Assembly: GCA_038240295.1 (NCBI GenBank)
Contig: JBBSDW010000002.1
Span: 1,513 to 65,512 of the forward strand
Reading direction: 5' to 3'
Length of the DNA stretch: 64,000 bases
DNA from: Candidatus Kapaibacterium sp.
GTDB lineage: Bacteria > Bacteroidota > Ignavibacteria > Palsa-1295
Shown here piece after piece: positions 19,569 through 30,215 of the stretch (the stretch's first letter is position 1; each line of letters starts with the position of its first letter). The position numbers were made by a program, and so were the translations under genes. The notes beneath the pieces were generated by a model, which made no database searches, was not told the origin of the DNA, and was given only the letters and a program-made list of their open reading frames with translations.

Positions 19569-21626
19569 ATGACGAAACGTCTTACTATTTTTTTAGCGCT
19601 GGTGCTTGCTTGCACGGGCCTTAGTACTCAGGCATCTGCGCAGAACCATCATGCGCTCATTGAGGAATTTACGAGCTCGACCTGCCCGCCATGCGCAAGC
19701 ACCGACCCCATCATTCGTCAGGCCATCGCAGATCTGCATGACAGCATCACGATCATTCGCTGGCATCAAAACTATCCGGAACCGGGCGATCCGAGTAATT
19801 TGCTCTATCCTGCGGGTCGCAGCCGAGCAGACTATTATCAAATTGGTGGTATTCCTGCGATGTTGGTTAACGGTGGCGCCAATTTTTTTCCGAGTGATGT
19901 GGCAACCGTCGAGGGCAATGTAAATTCTGCGATTGCAGCCATGCCTAATTATTACACGATGAGTGTGAAGCAGACCGTAACGGCAGATAGCATTATTGCT
20001 TTCGTTACGGTCACAACGGGTGCTACCGTGCCCGACTCTGCCATGCTCCGTATGGGCGTTGCAATCTGCGAACGTTATGCAGTTTACCAGGGGTCCAATG
20101 GACTGCCCATTCACGATTACATGGGGCGTCAGATGCTTCCTGGATTAACGCCGCCTCTGAATTCGGCCGACTTAGGCGGGAAACTTACCGATGCTGCCGC
20201 ATTCAATCAGGCCGCGAATACGACAAAGACTTATCGATACGCGGCCATGCTCAAATCGGGCTGGAATCCTACAATGCTGGATGTTGTCGCATTTATTCAG
20301 AGCGCACAGGACGTCAGTGCTTCTGAGAAGCCCGTTTATCAGTCGGCCTGGACAGAAAACTTGAATGTCGATGTTACCGCAAACAATACTCCGGGTATGC
20401 TCGTAGGAGACGGGACGACGCTTGACTTTAACGTCATGAATAATTCCTCATCGGATCAAAAGCTGGTGGTAGCGCTCGTTTCTGCTCCAACGCTCGCTTC
20501 AACTCCGTTGACGCTCAAGGGGGTCGACCTCAAACCGGATGGTTCAATTACTATTCCGGGCAATACCTCCTCTACGATCTCAGTCGTAGCACCTGGCACT
20601 GGTCCGTATAAAGGATGGGGAAATATCGGGCTGACTGTTCGAACAGTTGACAGCATTGGCGTTAGTGGAGGGTGGGGATTGGCAATTGGCAAAGATATTA
20701 AGACACTTGTTTTGGATAATGGCGCTGGTTTTGAAGGTGCAGGTTCATACCACGCTTCAATTCCTGCAACATTGACCTCGCTTTCTAACCTTGGCATCCC
20801 GGCAGCCTCTGTAAGATATGAGCGCATGACGGAGGCTTTCTCCGATGATTGGAGCAACTACAATAACATTGTTCTTGATATGGGCCCAAGCTACTATTGG
20901 TTCACGGGTGATGCCGTAATGGGCAACGTAACGACGCTACTTGGTAGAGGTGGCAACGTGGTTCTCGAGAGCCAGATTGCTTCGGTCGGGCTTGAACGAT
21001 TTGGCAGCACGCCTTGGTGGGAAGCAACCTTTCAGAGCGATACCACTAAGTTCGTCGGTACCGCATGGACTTCAATGTCAGGTGTTGCAAATGACCCCAT
21101 TGGCAATGGCCTTACCTCGATCCTGATTCAGAATAGTACATCCACTACGGGTCTAAAGCCGATCGCACCTAACGGCTATGCTATTTTTACCAGCAATAAA
21201 GGTGACGTCATTGCCACAAGAGCGACCGTCGGCAAAGGGAAGACTGTTTATACGACGTTCCAATTCGGAGACATCAAGACCTCGATCAACCGTGATACAG
21301 TAATCCGCCGTATCTTCGATTGGTTTGCCGTCCCTGCAGCAGTCAGCGAAGCAGCTGCGCCAACATCTGTTGGTCTTTCGGCATCTCAGAATCCATTTAG
21401 TTCTTCGACGAACATCTCGTATGTGTCCGCCTCAAACGAGGCGAATGTGACTATGACCGTTGTCGATCTGCTCGGTCGCGAAGTCGTAAAGCTCGCTCCT
21501 GTTCGTTCGAATTCGAACACCTATTCGGCGACTATCTACGGTGCGCACCTCGCGACGGGCGCATATCACGTTGTCGTCCGTTCGTCTGCTGGCATGAAGC
21601 AGATCCCGGTGATGATCACGAGATAA
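19569..21626 (+). CDS. Secreted hypothetical protein with a T9SS C-terminal sorting domain, possibly with a ThuA/class-I glutamine-amidotransferase-like region
   Basis: Signal peptide MTKRLTIFLALVLACTGLSTQASAQ. The C-terminus (ISYVSASNEANVTMTVVDLLGREVVKL...GAYHVVVRSSAGMKQIPVMITR) is a T9SS sorting domain. Confidence 0.75.
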   Translation: MTKRLTIFLALVLACTGLSTQASAQNHHALIEEFTSSTCPPCASTDPIIRQAIADLHDSITIIRWHQNYPEPGDPSNLLYPAGRSRADYYQIGGIPAMLVNGGANFFPSDVATVEGNVNSAIAAMPNYYTMSVKQTVTADSIIAFVTVTTGATVPDSAMLRMGVAICERYAVYQGSNGLPIHDYMGRQMLPGLTPPLNSADLGGKLTDAAAFNQAANTTKTYRYAAMLKSGWNPTMLDVVAFIQSAQDVSASEKPVYQSAWTENLNVDVTANNTPGMLVGDGTTLDFNVMNNSSSDQKLVVALVSAPTLASTPLTLKGVDLKPDGSITIPGNTSSTISVVAPGTGPYKGWGNIGLTVRTVDSIGVSGGWGLAIGKDIKTLVLDNGAGFEGAGSYHASIPATLTSLSNLGIPAASVRYERMTEAFSDDWSNYNNIVLDMGPSYYWFTGDAVMGNVTTLLGRGGNVVLESQIASVGLERFGSTPWWEATFQSDTTKFVGTAWTSMSGVANDPIGNGLTSILIQNSTSTTGLKPIAPNGYAIFTSNKGDVIATRATVGKGKTVYTTFQFGDIKTSINRDTVIRRIFDWFAVPAAVSEAAAPTSVGLSASQNPFSSSTNISYVSASNEANVTMTVVDLLGREVVKLAPVRSNSNTYSATIYGAHLATGAYHVVVRSSAGMKQIPVMITR

Positions 21627-21646
21627 GTTTAGCACTGCTAAAATGA

Positions 21647-21678
21647 TAAAGGCCGGAGAGTGATCTCCGGCCTTTTTA
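21647..21678. terminator. Rho-independent terminator hairpin between convergent genes, readable in both directions
   Basis: Perfect 9-bp stem GGCCGGAGA-gtga-TCTCCGGCC followed by TTTTT and preceded by an A-run. Confidence 0.75.
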
Positions 21679-21700
21679 ATTTCAAGTTGCGAAAAGGTTA

Positions 21701-22009
21701 CTAATTCCCGGAAGCCTTGAAGCCGGTCAGGCCACCGTCCAGGTCGAAAGCATTTTTGTAACCAAATGCCCTCAGTAGTTTGGCTGCCAGATGCGAGCGC
21801 ACGCCGCTATCGCAATAGACAACTACTTCCTCATCGTGATTTGGGTGTTTCTCCAGGATGCGTTTCAGAAAATCCCGAAGCGGGATATGCTCGGCTCCTT
21901 CGATATGTGATTTTTCAAATTCCCATGGTTCGCGGACATCGATAACAGCGGGTAACTTTTTTCTGCGAAAGGCTTCACGAAGCTGTTTCGGGCTAAATTG
22001 AGCAATCAT
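21701..22009 (-). CDS. Rhodanese-domain sulfurtransferase
   Basis: 102-aa ORF with the single-domain rhodanese active-site loop CDSGVRS. Confidence 0.8.
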   Translation of the reverse strand: MIAQFSPKQLREAFRRKKLPAVIDVREPWEFEKSHIEGAEHIPLRDFLKRILEKHPNHDEEVVVYCDSGVRSHLAAKLLRAFGYKNAFDLDGGLTGFKASGN

Positions 22010-22155
22010 GACACTGGTGGAGTAACTTGTAGAAATGTCCCGATTTTCGGGTCACGTCTACAATCATACTCAAAGTACGCGCCAATGTTCCAGCTTAGGT
22101 GTTAATCGTCATTCATTCTTAATTTGAGAAATTGTCGCGTAGGCCAATGTCTTCC

Positions 22156-22641
22156 TCACGCAGGAATGGCAGCCAACGCAGATTTGATCGACTCAAAATC
22201 TGGCATCATACCCGGATCCTCGAAAATCTCGATGTGCCTGATAATGCCTTTCTTATCGATCACGAACGAGGCCCGCTTTGCGACGCCATGGATTCCGCCC
22301 GCCCATAGTGGATATTCAACGCCATAGGCCTTGACCGCTTCATGGTTAAAATCGGAGCCGAGCGTCATCGTGAGTTTAAGCTGCTGCTTCCACTCCAGCT
22401 GTGAATAGGGAAGGTCGCCAGAGATACCAATGACTTTGGCATCGAGCGCATCGTAGTCGGCGGTTGTGTCGGTGATCGTGCACATTTCCTTGGTGCAAAC
22501 AGGAGTAAAGACGGCTGGAAAAAAGAGCAGAACAAGATTTTGCTTGCCGATGTGATCGGAAAGTTTGAAACTCGTGACCGGGCCGGATGTCTTCTCATAA
22601 AGTGTCACGTCCGGAGCTTTGTCGCCAATTGATAGTTGCAT
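22156..22641 (-). CDS. Peroxiredoxin (AhpC/TSA family thiol peroxidase)
   Basis: Peroxidatic-Cys motif FFPAVFTPVCTKE and a thioredoxin-fold layout. 161 aa. Confidence 0.85.
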   Translation of the reverse strand: MQLSIGDKAPDVTLYEKTSGPVTSFKLSDHIGKQNLVLLFFPAVFTPVCTKEMCTITDTTADYDALDAKVIGISGDLPYSQLEWKQQLKLTMTLGSDFNHEAVKAYGVEYPLWAGGIHGVAKRASFVIDKKGIIRHIEIFEDPGMMPDFESIKSALAAIPA

Positions 22642-22983
22642 GTTGGATTTTGGAAAATGTTACGCGAGGCGGTGAAACCGTTTTATTTGGTGTCTGGTGT
22701 CGGGTGATTTTCGCGTGGGACGGACGTCTCGTCCGTCCAGTGGGGAAAGGAAATGCCAGATTGTGGATGAGAACTATACCCGCGATCCCCGATCGATCAT
22801 CGCGGCAACATTAAGGGCCTCGAGGCCTCCCAACCAGACGGACCAGACGTTCGTCCCACGCGAGACTGGCTTATAAACTTATGCACAGTAGCTGGATAAA
22901 TAATCCTGTATCGCACGCCTTATTGCGAATCCAAATTGCTGCACTCTGAGTTTCGATATCTCACTTATCTGCCCTAACAACCT

Positions 22984-24507
22984 GTGAGTCTCGACCCCAT
23001 TCCACAAAAGATCATTCCAGGCGCGCGCGGCGCTAAGAATTATCTTCGTTCGTTCTCCGATCTTTACGAACGCCTCGCAACCGAAGGACTTGTTCCTCCG
23101 CAGTCGCTCGATGTCGAGCAGTCGGTGCTTGGGTCGATGATGATCGATAAGACCGCTGCAAACAAAGTTCTCGAGATCATCGGCGAGCGCTCGCAGGAGG
23201 ATAGCCCGTTCTATCGCGAAGCGCATACGATGATCTATCAGGCGATGACCTCGCTCGATTCCAGATCGGAACAGATCGACTTGCTCTCCGTCACGAATCA
23301 GCTTCGCCTCAATGGGAAGCTCGAGCAGATGGGTGGCGCATCCTATTTAGTTGAACTTACGACGCGTGTTGTCACGACTGCGAATGTCGAAAGCCACTCA
23401 CGCATCATTCTCGAAAAATACATTGCGCGCGAGTTGATCCGGACCTGCGAAGAGATCAAGCTTCGCGCATTCACCGGCGAAGAGGATACGTTCGAACTTC
23501 TCGATCAGGCCGAAGGCTCCATGTTCCGGCTTTCCGAAAGCCGCCATCGCAAAACCATTCAGGGCATCAAGCCGCTCGCGCTCGATACGCTCGAGATGCT
23601 CGATAAGATCGACGGCAAGCACTCGGGAATTACCGGAGTTGCCTCGGGGCTAACCGATCTCGATAACCTCACCGCAGGGTGGCAAAAATCCGATCTTATC
23701 ATTCTCGCTGCGCGACCATCGCAAGGCAAGACGGCGCTTTCGCTCACGTTCGCGAAGAACGCAGCGATGGCTGAAAAGAAGGAGGACCGAATCGGCGTCG
23801 CGTATTTCTCGCTCGAAATGTCTGCGATGCAGCTTGTGCTCCGTTTGCTTTGTTCGGAAGCAAAGGTCGATATGCAGCGCGCTCGTAAGGGGCAGCTCAC
23901 GGACGAAGAGTGGCGCAGAATTCCAAACGCGATGAGCCGACTGACCGAAGCGCCCATCTTTATCGACGACACTCCCGCGATCAGCTCGCTCGAACTCCGC
24001 GCAAAATGCCGAAGACTCAAAGCGCAGGAAGACATCGGACTTATCGTCATCGACTATCTGCAACTCATGGGAGTCGGTCGCAGTATGGAATCGCGCGAGC
24101 GAGAGATTTCAACGATCTCCCGCGGACTCAAAGCGCTCGCCAAAGAACTCAACATTCCAGTCATGGCGCTCAGCCAGCTGAACCGCTCGGTCGAAACGCG
24201 TACGGAGAAACGGCCGATGCTCAGCGATCTTCGAGAGTCAGGCGCCATCGAACAGGACGCCGATCTTGTGATGTTCATCTATCGGCCAGAGACTTATGGC
24301 ATCGAACAAGTGATGGTGCGCGGCAACCAGGTCGCAAGCGAAGGCGTCGCCGAGATCATCGTCGGCAAACAGCGTAACGGTCCGATCGACGATATCACGG
24401 TCAGCTTCGTAAAGCAATACGCCCGTTTCGAAAATTACGCAAACTGGCCCGAGTTCACCTCACTCCCCGAAGGCGCCCCAGATCTGGGAGGTCTGCCGGC
24501 ATTTTAG
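22984..24507 (+). CDS. dnaB: Replicative DNA helicase DnaB
   Basis: Walker A (ARPSQGKTALS), DnaB-family motifs (IDYLQLM...REISTISRGLKALAKELNIPVMALSQLNR...LSDLRESGAIEQDAD) and a GTG start. Confidence 0.9.
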   Translation: MSLDPIPQKIIPGARGAKNYLRSFSDLYERLATEGLVPPQSLDVEQSVLGSMMIDKTAANKVLEIIGERSQEDSPFYREAHTMIYQAMTSLDSRSEQIDLLSVTNQLRLNGKLEQMGGASYLVELTTRVVTTANVESHSRIILEKYIARELIRTCEEIKLRAFTGEEDTFELLDQAEGSMFRLSESRHRKTIQGIKPLALDTLEMLDKIDGKHSGITGVASGLTDLDNLTAGWQKSDLIILAARPSQGKTALSLTFAKNAAMAEKKEDRIGVAYFSLEMSAMQLVLRLLCSEAKVDMQRARKGQLTDEEWRRIPNAMSRLTEAPIFIDDTPAISSLELRAKCRRLKAQEDIGLIVIDYLQLMGVGRSMESREREISTISRGLKALAKELNIPVMALSQLNRSVETRTEKRPMLSDLRESGAIEQDADLVMFIYRPETYGIEQVMVRGNQVASEGVAEIIVGKQRNGPIDDITVSFVKQYARFENYANWPEFTSLPEGAPDLGGLPAF

Positions 24508-24633
24508 CACCGCCTCAGGCTTCGTACGGTTTTTGAGTGAATCCAGCAAGTACGTACTTGCCTTCACGTTCGAGCGGGGAATGACTATCCCGTGAGAATG
24601 TTTAGCCCTCTCACTATCTCTAAGAAGCTTGCT

Positions 24634-26193
24634 ATGCCATTCCAGTCGCTGAACATTATTGAGCCCATCCTTCGATCGTTGCACGAGGAAGGCTACCGCA
24701 CGCCCACGCCGATCCAGGAGCAAGCGATCCCCATCGTGCTGGAGGGCAAGGACCTGCTCGGCGTCGCACAGACCGGCACCGGAAAAACGGCCGCGTTTGC
24801 TGTGCCGATCATCCAATTGCTGACCGAGCACAGAACAGCACCCGGCGACAAAGGCCATCCGAAACGCCGCAACATTCGCTGCCTCATCCTCACGCCCACA
24901 CGCGAACTCGCAGTGCAGATCGACCAGAGCATCAAAGCCTACGGACGCTACGCGCATTTGAGCAGCGTCGTGATCTTCGGAGGCGTCAAGCAGGGAATGC
25001 AGACCACCGCGCTTCGTCGCGGCGTTGATATTGTTGTTGCGACTCCGGGCCGTTTGCTCGATCTGATGGACCAGGGTTTTGTGCACTTGCAGCATGTCGA
25101 AATCTTTGTGCTCGATGAAGCCGATCGCATGCTCGACATGGGATTTGTTCGCGATGTGCAGGACATTCTTTCGACAGTTCCGAAAAAGCGGCAGTCGCTC
25201 TTTTTCTCGGCAACGATGCCGCCCGCCATCGTAAAGCTCGCGCATGACATTCTCGACAATCCTGTTCGCGTTGAAGTAACGCCCGCCCGCGCGACGGTCG
25301 ACCTGATCGAGCAGTCGGTCTATTACGTCGATAAGTCACGCAAGCCCGCGCTGCTGTTGCAAATTTTGAGTGACGAAGATATTAAGAGTGCGCTTGTTTT
25401 CACGCGAACGAAGCACGGAGCCGATTCCGTCGTTCGAACGCTCGAGCGCAATCATATTAACGCCGAAGCCATTCACGGAAATAAATCGCAGAACGCGCGT
25501 CAGCGCGCACTCGATAATTTCAAGGCACAAAAAACGCGCGTGCTTGTCGCGACCGACATCGCAGCGCGTGGCATCGACGTCGATAATCTCGAATATGTAA
25601 TTAACTACGAGATCCCGAACGTCCCCGAGACCTACGTGCACAGGATCGGCCGCACGGGCCGCGCTGGCGCTTCGGGCACCGCGATCTCCCTCTGTGGTCC
25701 CGACGAGAAATCATACCTGCGCGAGATCGAACGCCTGATCAAACGCCGAATTCCTGCAGCGACCGATCACTCCGTCGCAAAGCTCGAACGTATGCCAGTC
25801 GAACAGGAAGTACGTTACCGCGATCCTCGCGCCACGAACGATCGCCGCGAGCCGAACGAAAGGCGCCAACAGAATAAATCGCGACCACAAACGCAAAAGC
25901 CTCAGCACGACAAGCCAAGATCTGATCGCTCGGAATTACAACCCTCCTCCGAAAGACCCGAGCTAAAACTCAACAGGCCGCAGCATCCACGCACTGAGCA
26001 TCCACGCTCGGAGCATCCAAGAGCGGAGGCGCCAAAGGCAGAACACGCAAGAGCCGAACATGCCAAGCCTCACCAACAGGCTCCAAAGCAAGACCAACGG
26101 GGGATGAAACCTCAGCAACCAGCCAAACCCAACTGGCCTGGCCAGGGAAAAAAGAAGACGAGCCACGGCAGCAAGCGCCGCAGACCGAATTAG
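24634..26193 (+). CDS. DEAD-box ATP-dependent RNA helicase (RhlE-like) with a basic His/Pro/Arg-rich C-terminal tail
   Basis: Q-motif (FQSLNIIEPILRSLHEEGYRTPTPIQ), motif I AQTGTGKT, DEAD (VLDEADRMLDMGF), SAT and HRIGRTGRAG. The tail carries EHPR/EHAR-type tandem peptide repeats. Confidence 0.9.
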   Translation: MPFQSLNIIEPILRSLHEEGYRTPTPIQEQAIPIVLEGKDLLGVAQTGTGKTAAFAVPIIQLLTEHRTAPGDKGHPKRRNIRCLILTPTRELAVQIDQSIKAYGRYAHLSSVVIFGGVKQGMQTTALRRGVDIVVATPGRLLDLMDQGFVHLQHVEIFVLDEADRMLDMGFVRDVQDILSTVPKKRQSLFFSATMPPAIVKLAHDILDNPVRVEVTPARATVDLIEQSVYYVDKSRKPALLLQILSDEDIKSALVFTRTKHGADSVVRTLERNHINAEAIHGNKSQNARQRALDNFKAQKTRVLVATDIAARGIDVDNLEYVINYEIPNVPETYVHRIGRTGRAGASGTAISLCGPDEKSYLREIERLIKRRIPAATDHSVAKLERMPVEQEVRYRDPRATNDRREPNERRQQNKSRPQTQKPQHDKPRSDRSELQPSSERPELKLNRPQHPRTEHPRSEHPRAEAPKAEHARAEHAKPHQQAPKQDQRGMKPQQPAKPNWPGQGKKKTSHGSKRRRPN

Positions 26194-26521
26194 ATTGCGG
26201 GGTGGTAGTGTGCTTTGGCCGTCGATAGCAAAATTAGAAAGTCGTACTTGCTCGGGCGGTTTTCATTGATTCTTGCCAGATAGCCGTCTACCGCAGGGTC
26301 TGTTGCATATGAAAATACTCGCAAGCTGAAGCTCGTACTAGGTTTGGGATTGTAAGTTGGTTTTTGACTTGTTTAATCGTATATTGTGGCCGCTTGTTGC
26401 TGCCAATGGTACTTGCCGTGACATTACCCTCGTTGTTCGTTGCAGGCCGTTTTTCGGAGATCGCCCAATCAATCGTTTCAGGTTGATCTCCTTGTTTGTG
26501 TAACACTCTTCAATCGCTCTT

Positions 26522-28267
26522 ATGAAACATCTTGTTATTTCTGCTGCTCTGATTTTCGGCGTCGTCTTTGCCGTGTCCCAATCGGCGATGGCTCAATGGG
26601 AGCCTGATCAGCGAATCTCAAGAGGCGATTCGGGCGTAACGCTTAACGAAAACATGGGTCAGTGCCTGGCTGCTTCCGGCGATAGTATTCATCTCGTTTG
26701 GTGCAATCCGCACAGCAATGGGGCGCACATTTTTTATCGTCATTCGTTTGATGGCGGCGCGACCTGGGCCGCCGATCTTCCGATCGCGGGAACACCTGCA
26801 AACACCGGCTTTCCTTCTATCTCCGTTTCAGGCCCAATGGTGCATGTGGCGTTTCGCGACACGACCGGAAGCGTCTACACTTCTTATTATGTCCGGTCAA
26901 CCGACGCTGGCATGACATGGCAACCAATGATCTCTCTCGGCGTATATTTTTGGTGGCCTTCGATCACGTCGTTCGGCAATGTTGTTTACGTCGCGCTTAA
27001 TGATAATCATCCGGGCAACACCGAAGTTTATTTCAGGCGCTCGGTCGATAATGGGATGACCTGGGACACGGTTCAGCAGATCTCGAATGCACTCGGCAGG
27101 TCGGAGGATCCCTCGATCACAGCGAGCGGCTCCTATGTTTATATGGCCTGGAACGACAACCGAACCGGTATCATGCAGACCTGGTACCGGAGTTCGAGCG
27201 ATAATGGTCTCACGTGGGGACCTGAAACGCAACGTTCACATGCCGCAACGTTTGCTTATTTTCCGATGATCCATGCCGTCGGCCCGAACGTCGATATTGC
27301 AAACGGCGAGCGGCTCGGAAATACATACCAAATCTTCTTCATGCATTCGCCCGACTTCGGCGCAACGTGGGCGCCGGAACAACAGGTAACCTTTGGTACA
27401 GGCACGGCCGCCTATCCTACGATCGCACGTAACGACCACTCAGTCGATATGGTCTATTCAAGCTTTGGCGCGAACGCAGCGTATATCAATTCGACCGATG
27501 GGGGACTGACGTGGTCAGCGCCTGATGCAATCGCGTCCGCCGCGAATAAACCTGGCAGCACCTTCATCGTGAAGGTCGGTGACACGAACCACATCATCTG
27601 GCTCGATTCGCGTAATGGATTTCCGGCGGTCTATTATAAGCGAAGTAAGATCCACTCTTCTGCGAATTTCGAAGCGCCGAGCGTTTTCGATTTTGGCACG
27701 GTAAAGCTCAATGTTTCGCGCGATACGAGCCTCATCGTTCGAAATACAGGTTCGAACGCGCTGACGATCTTAGGCTACGCACTCAACGATCCGCATGGTG
27801 TTTTCGAGTTGGCCGATACCTCGCTTCATTCTATCGCCGCTCAGGGTAAGGGAATAATCTGGCTTCGTTTCCACCCAAGGCAACTCGCAAGGGATTCTGC
27901 AATTCTCACGATAGCAACCGACGAACCATCGATCAGCGCAAGCCAGATCGCCCTATATGGAAGCGGCGCCGACACGCTGAAGCAGTCGGTATTTCTGCAG
28001 CATTCAATCAGCGCGTCGATGACCGAATGGCCGAATCCCGTTACGCAGTTTGCCACGCTCACCCTCAACAACGATGAGCCGATGAGCAATGCCCGCATCG
28101 ATCTCTACGATGCCGCAGGACGCAAACTCACTTCACAGCAACTCGGGCAGCTCTCGATCGGTCATCATTCGATACAATTCGATCTGTCGCAGATGCATGG
28201 AGCGATCTTCGCGCGCTTATTCTCGGGACCCCTCATGCAAGGAGTGACGAGCTTTGTTGTGGAGTGA
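26522..28267 (+). CDS. BNR-repeat (sialidase-like beta-propeller) secreted protein with a T9SS-type C-terminal domain
   Basis: Signal peptide. At least six Asp-box repeats (SFDGGATW, STDAGMTW, SVDNGMTW, SSDNGLTW, SPDFGATW, STDGGLTW). The C-terminal ~80 aa are sorting-domain-like. Confidence 0.8.
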   Translation: MKHLVISAALIFGVVFAVSQSAMAQWEPDQRISRGDSGVTLNENMGQCLAASGDSIHLVWCNPHSNGAHIFYRHSFDGGATWAADLPIAGTPANTGFPSISVSGPMVHVAFRDTTGSVYTSYYVRSTDAGMTWQPMISLGVYFWWPSITSFGNVVYVALNDNHPGNTEVYFRRSVDNGMTWDTVQQISNALGRSEDPSITASGSYVYMAWNDNRTGIMQTWYRSSSDNGLTWGPETQRSHAATFAYFPMIHAVGPNVDIANGERLGNTYQIFFMHSPDFGATWAPEQQVTFGTGTAAYPTIARNDHSVDMVYSSFGANAAYINSTDGGLTWSAPDAIASAANKPGSTFIVKVGDTNHIIWLDSRNGFPAVYYKRSKIHSSANFEAPSVFDFGTVKLNVSRDTSLIVRNTGSNALTILGYALNDPHGVFELADTSLHSIAAQGKGIIWLRFHPRQLARDSAILTIATDEPSISASQIALYGSGADTLKQSVFLQHSISASMTEWPNPVTQFATLTLNNDEPMSNARIDLYDAAGRKLTSQQLGQLSIGHHSIQFDLSQMHGAIFARLFSGPLMQGVTSFVVE

Positions 28268-28356
28268 TGCATTCGGAAATTCTGAGTGGTGGAGTCATCT
28301 ATCTCCACTCCATGCCTCGAATCGCATCTTCGTAGCTTGATGGTTTTTTAGTAGGA

Positions 28357-29796
28357 TTACTTCCGCTTCCAGACCGTCCCTTCTTTTGAATCCTCGAGCA
28401 CAATGCCGATCGCGTCCAGCTCATTGCGAAGCTGATCGCTGAGTGCGAAATGTTTGTCGGAGCGCGATTGATTGCGCAGGCCTATGATCAAATTCATGAG
28501 AGGCTGTTCGAGATTCTCCTGCGAAGCTGCAGGCTGCGTCGGGATAATGCCAAGCACATCGCCAGCAAGTCCGCGCCAAATGTTAAGGAGGCCTGCTAAC
28601 TCGCCGTTCCTGGAAGCATCTGCCAGAGCAGTATTCGTTTCACGGGCGAGGTCGAATAACACGGCAATCGCTTTCGGTGTGTTAAAGTCATCATCCATTT
28701 CGATGACGAATTGCTTGACGAGCGGATGGGCGAGCTCCTCTCCGCTCAGCGGTCTCTTTTGAACATCTCCAACTTTTTTCTCCAGCCGATAATAGGCATC
28801 AAGTAATTTTTGATAGCCTACTCCGGCTGCGGTGATGGCTTCCGGTTTGAACTCTGTCGTCGAGCGATAGTGCGATTGCAGGATCGTGAAGCGAAGCGTG
28901 AGCGGATCGAAGAGCTTGAACTGATCGCGTAAGCCCGAGGCATTGCCAAGCGATTTGCCCATCTTCTTGCCATCGACGGTCACCATGTTATTGTGCATCC
29001 AGTATGTGGCGAACGGCTTAACGCCAGTGCCGCATTCGCTTTGCGCGATCTCGCATTCGTTGTGAGGGAATGAATTCTCGATGCCGGCGCCATGAATATC
29101 GAACGGCATCCCGAGATATTTCACAGCCATCGCCGAGCACTCGATATGCCATCCAGGAAACCCTTCGCCCCAGGGCGAAGGCCAGCGGAGGATGTGACCT
29201 TTTTCGGCTTTCTTCCAAAGCGCGAAATCCTGCGGCGAGCGTTTATCGGAGCGAGATTCAACCCGCCCCGAGGCCTCCTGATCCTCGGTCTTGCGCCCAG
29301 AGAGCTTCCCGTATTCTTTATCCTTCGCAACTTCAAAATAAACATTGCCATCAACTTCATAGGCAAATCCTTTATCGATCAGCTCTTGAATCAGTACCTG
29401 TTGCTCGATGATATGCGCAGAAGCGCGGGGCGCAATATCGGGCGGCAGCACGTTCAGCCGCGTCATATCTTCGTTGAAGCGCCGCGTATAAAATTCGGCG
29501 ATCTCCATCGGATGCTTCTGTTCCAACTTACTTTTCTTGAGCATCTTGTCCTCGCCCTCGTCGGCGTCGTCGGTAAGATGTCCGACATCGGTGATGTTCT
29601 GGACATACGTCACCTTGTATCCCAAGAATTCGAGGTAGCGATGGACGATATCGCCCATGATATACGCCTTGCCATGGCCGACATGCGCATCGGAATAGAC
29701 GGTCGGGCCGCAAACATAAAGTCCGACGCTCCCTTCGTGGATCGGCTTGAAGAGTTCTTTGGAACGCGAAAGCGTATTGTAGATCTCGAGTGGCAT
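28357..29796 (-). CDS. cysS: Cysteinyl-tRNA synthetase
   Basis: HIGH motif ([14 protein letters not shown]), KMSKS (KMGKSLGN), zinc-ligand Cys residues and 479 aa length fit class-I CysRS. Confidence 0.92.
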   Translation of the reverse strand: MPLEIYNTLSRSKELFKPIHEGSVGLYVCGPTVYSDAHVGHGKAYIMGDIVHRYLEFLGYKVTYVQNITDVGHLTDDADEGEDKMLKKSKLEQKHPMEIAEFYTRRFNEDMTRLNVLPPDIAPRASAHIIEQQVLIQELIDKGFAYEVDGNVYFEVAKDKEYGKLSGRKTEDQEASGRVESRSDKRSPQDFALWKKAEKGHILRWPSPWGEGFPGWHIECSAMAVKYLGMPFDIHGAGIENSFPHNECEIAQSECGTGVKPFATYWMHNNMVTVDGKKMGKSLGNASGLRDQFKLFDPLTLRFTILQSHYRSTTEFKPEAITAAGVGYQKLLDAYYRLEKKVGDVQKRPLSGEELAHPLVKQFVIEMDDDFNTPKAIAVLFDLARETNTALADASRNGELAGLLNIWRGLAGDVLGIIPTQPAASQENLEQPLMNLIIGLRNQSRSDKHFALSDQLRNELDAIGIVLEDSKEGTVWKRK

Positions 29797-30215
29797 AGGC
29801 TAAAAGTAAGAATGGCCCCAACAACCCATCAGAGTCGGTCGTTTCGGCAGTTTTTTTTCTGGGCCGTGATCGGGCAAGAAATTGACGAATGCGTGCCATT
29901 TAGAGCGAATTAAGCTAAGTTTGATGCACGGTGCTCCTCAGGTGGCAGGAGCTAAAATGGCCATTCATGGTGGTCCGGGCAATTTTCTTCGTATATTCGT
30001 GCGAATGTGGAGGCACAGGTTTAGAGCCGTTCGAAGGAATTTGGATGGGCTGAACGATTTCGCGCTTGTTCTTGTATCTTTGCGCTGTTGTTCGTATCTT
30101 TGTTTCTAAGTTCTTTTTCAATGATGTACTCGCAGCAGGATATCGCTAAAGCCGGTGACGGAACGTGTGGATTGTGTTGCGTATTTCCTTCACTCAAAAC
30201 TAAGAGGTAATTGCC

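Noticed and set aside
28268-28356. Terminator between the BNR protein gene and cysS
   Set aside because: Only a weak 5-bp hairpin (TGGAG...CTCCA) without a T-run. It is not convincing enough to annotate.
29797-30215. T-box leader upstream of cysS on the minus strand
   Set aside because: No AANNNGGGTGGNACCGCG T-box sequence or specifier-loop architecture is visible on the minus strand. T-boxes are also uncommon in this lineage.
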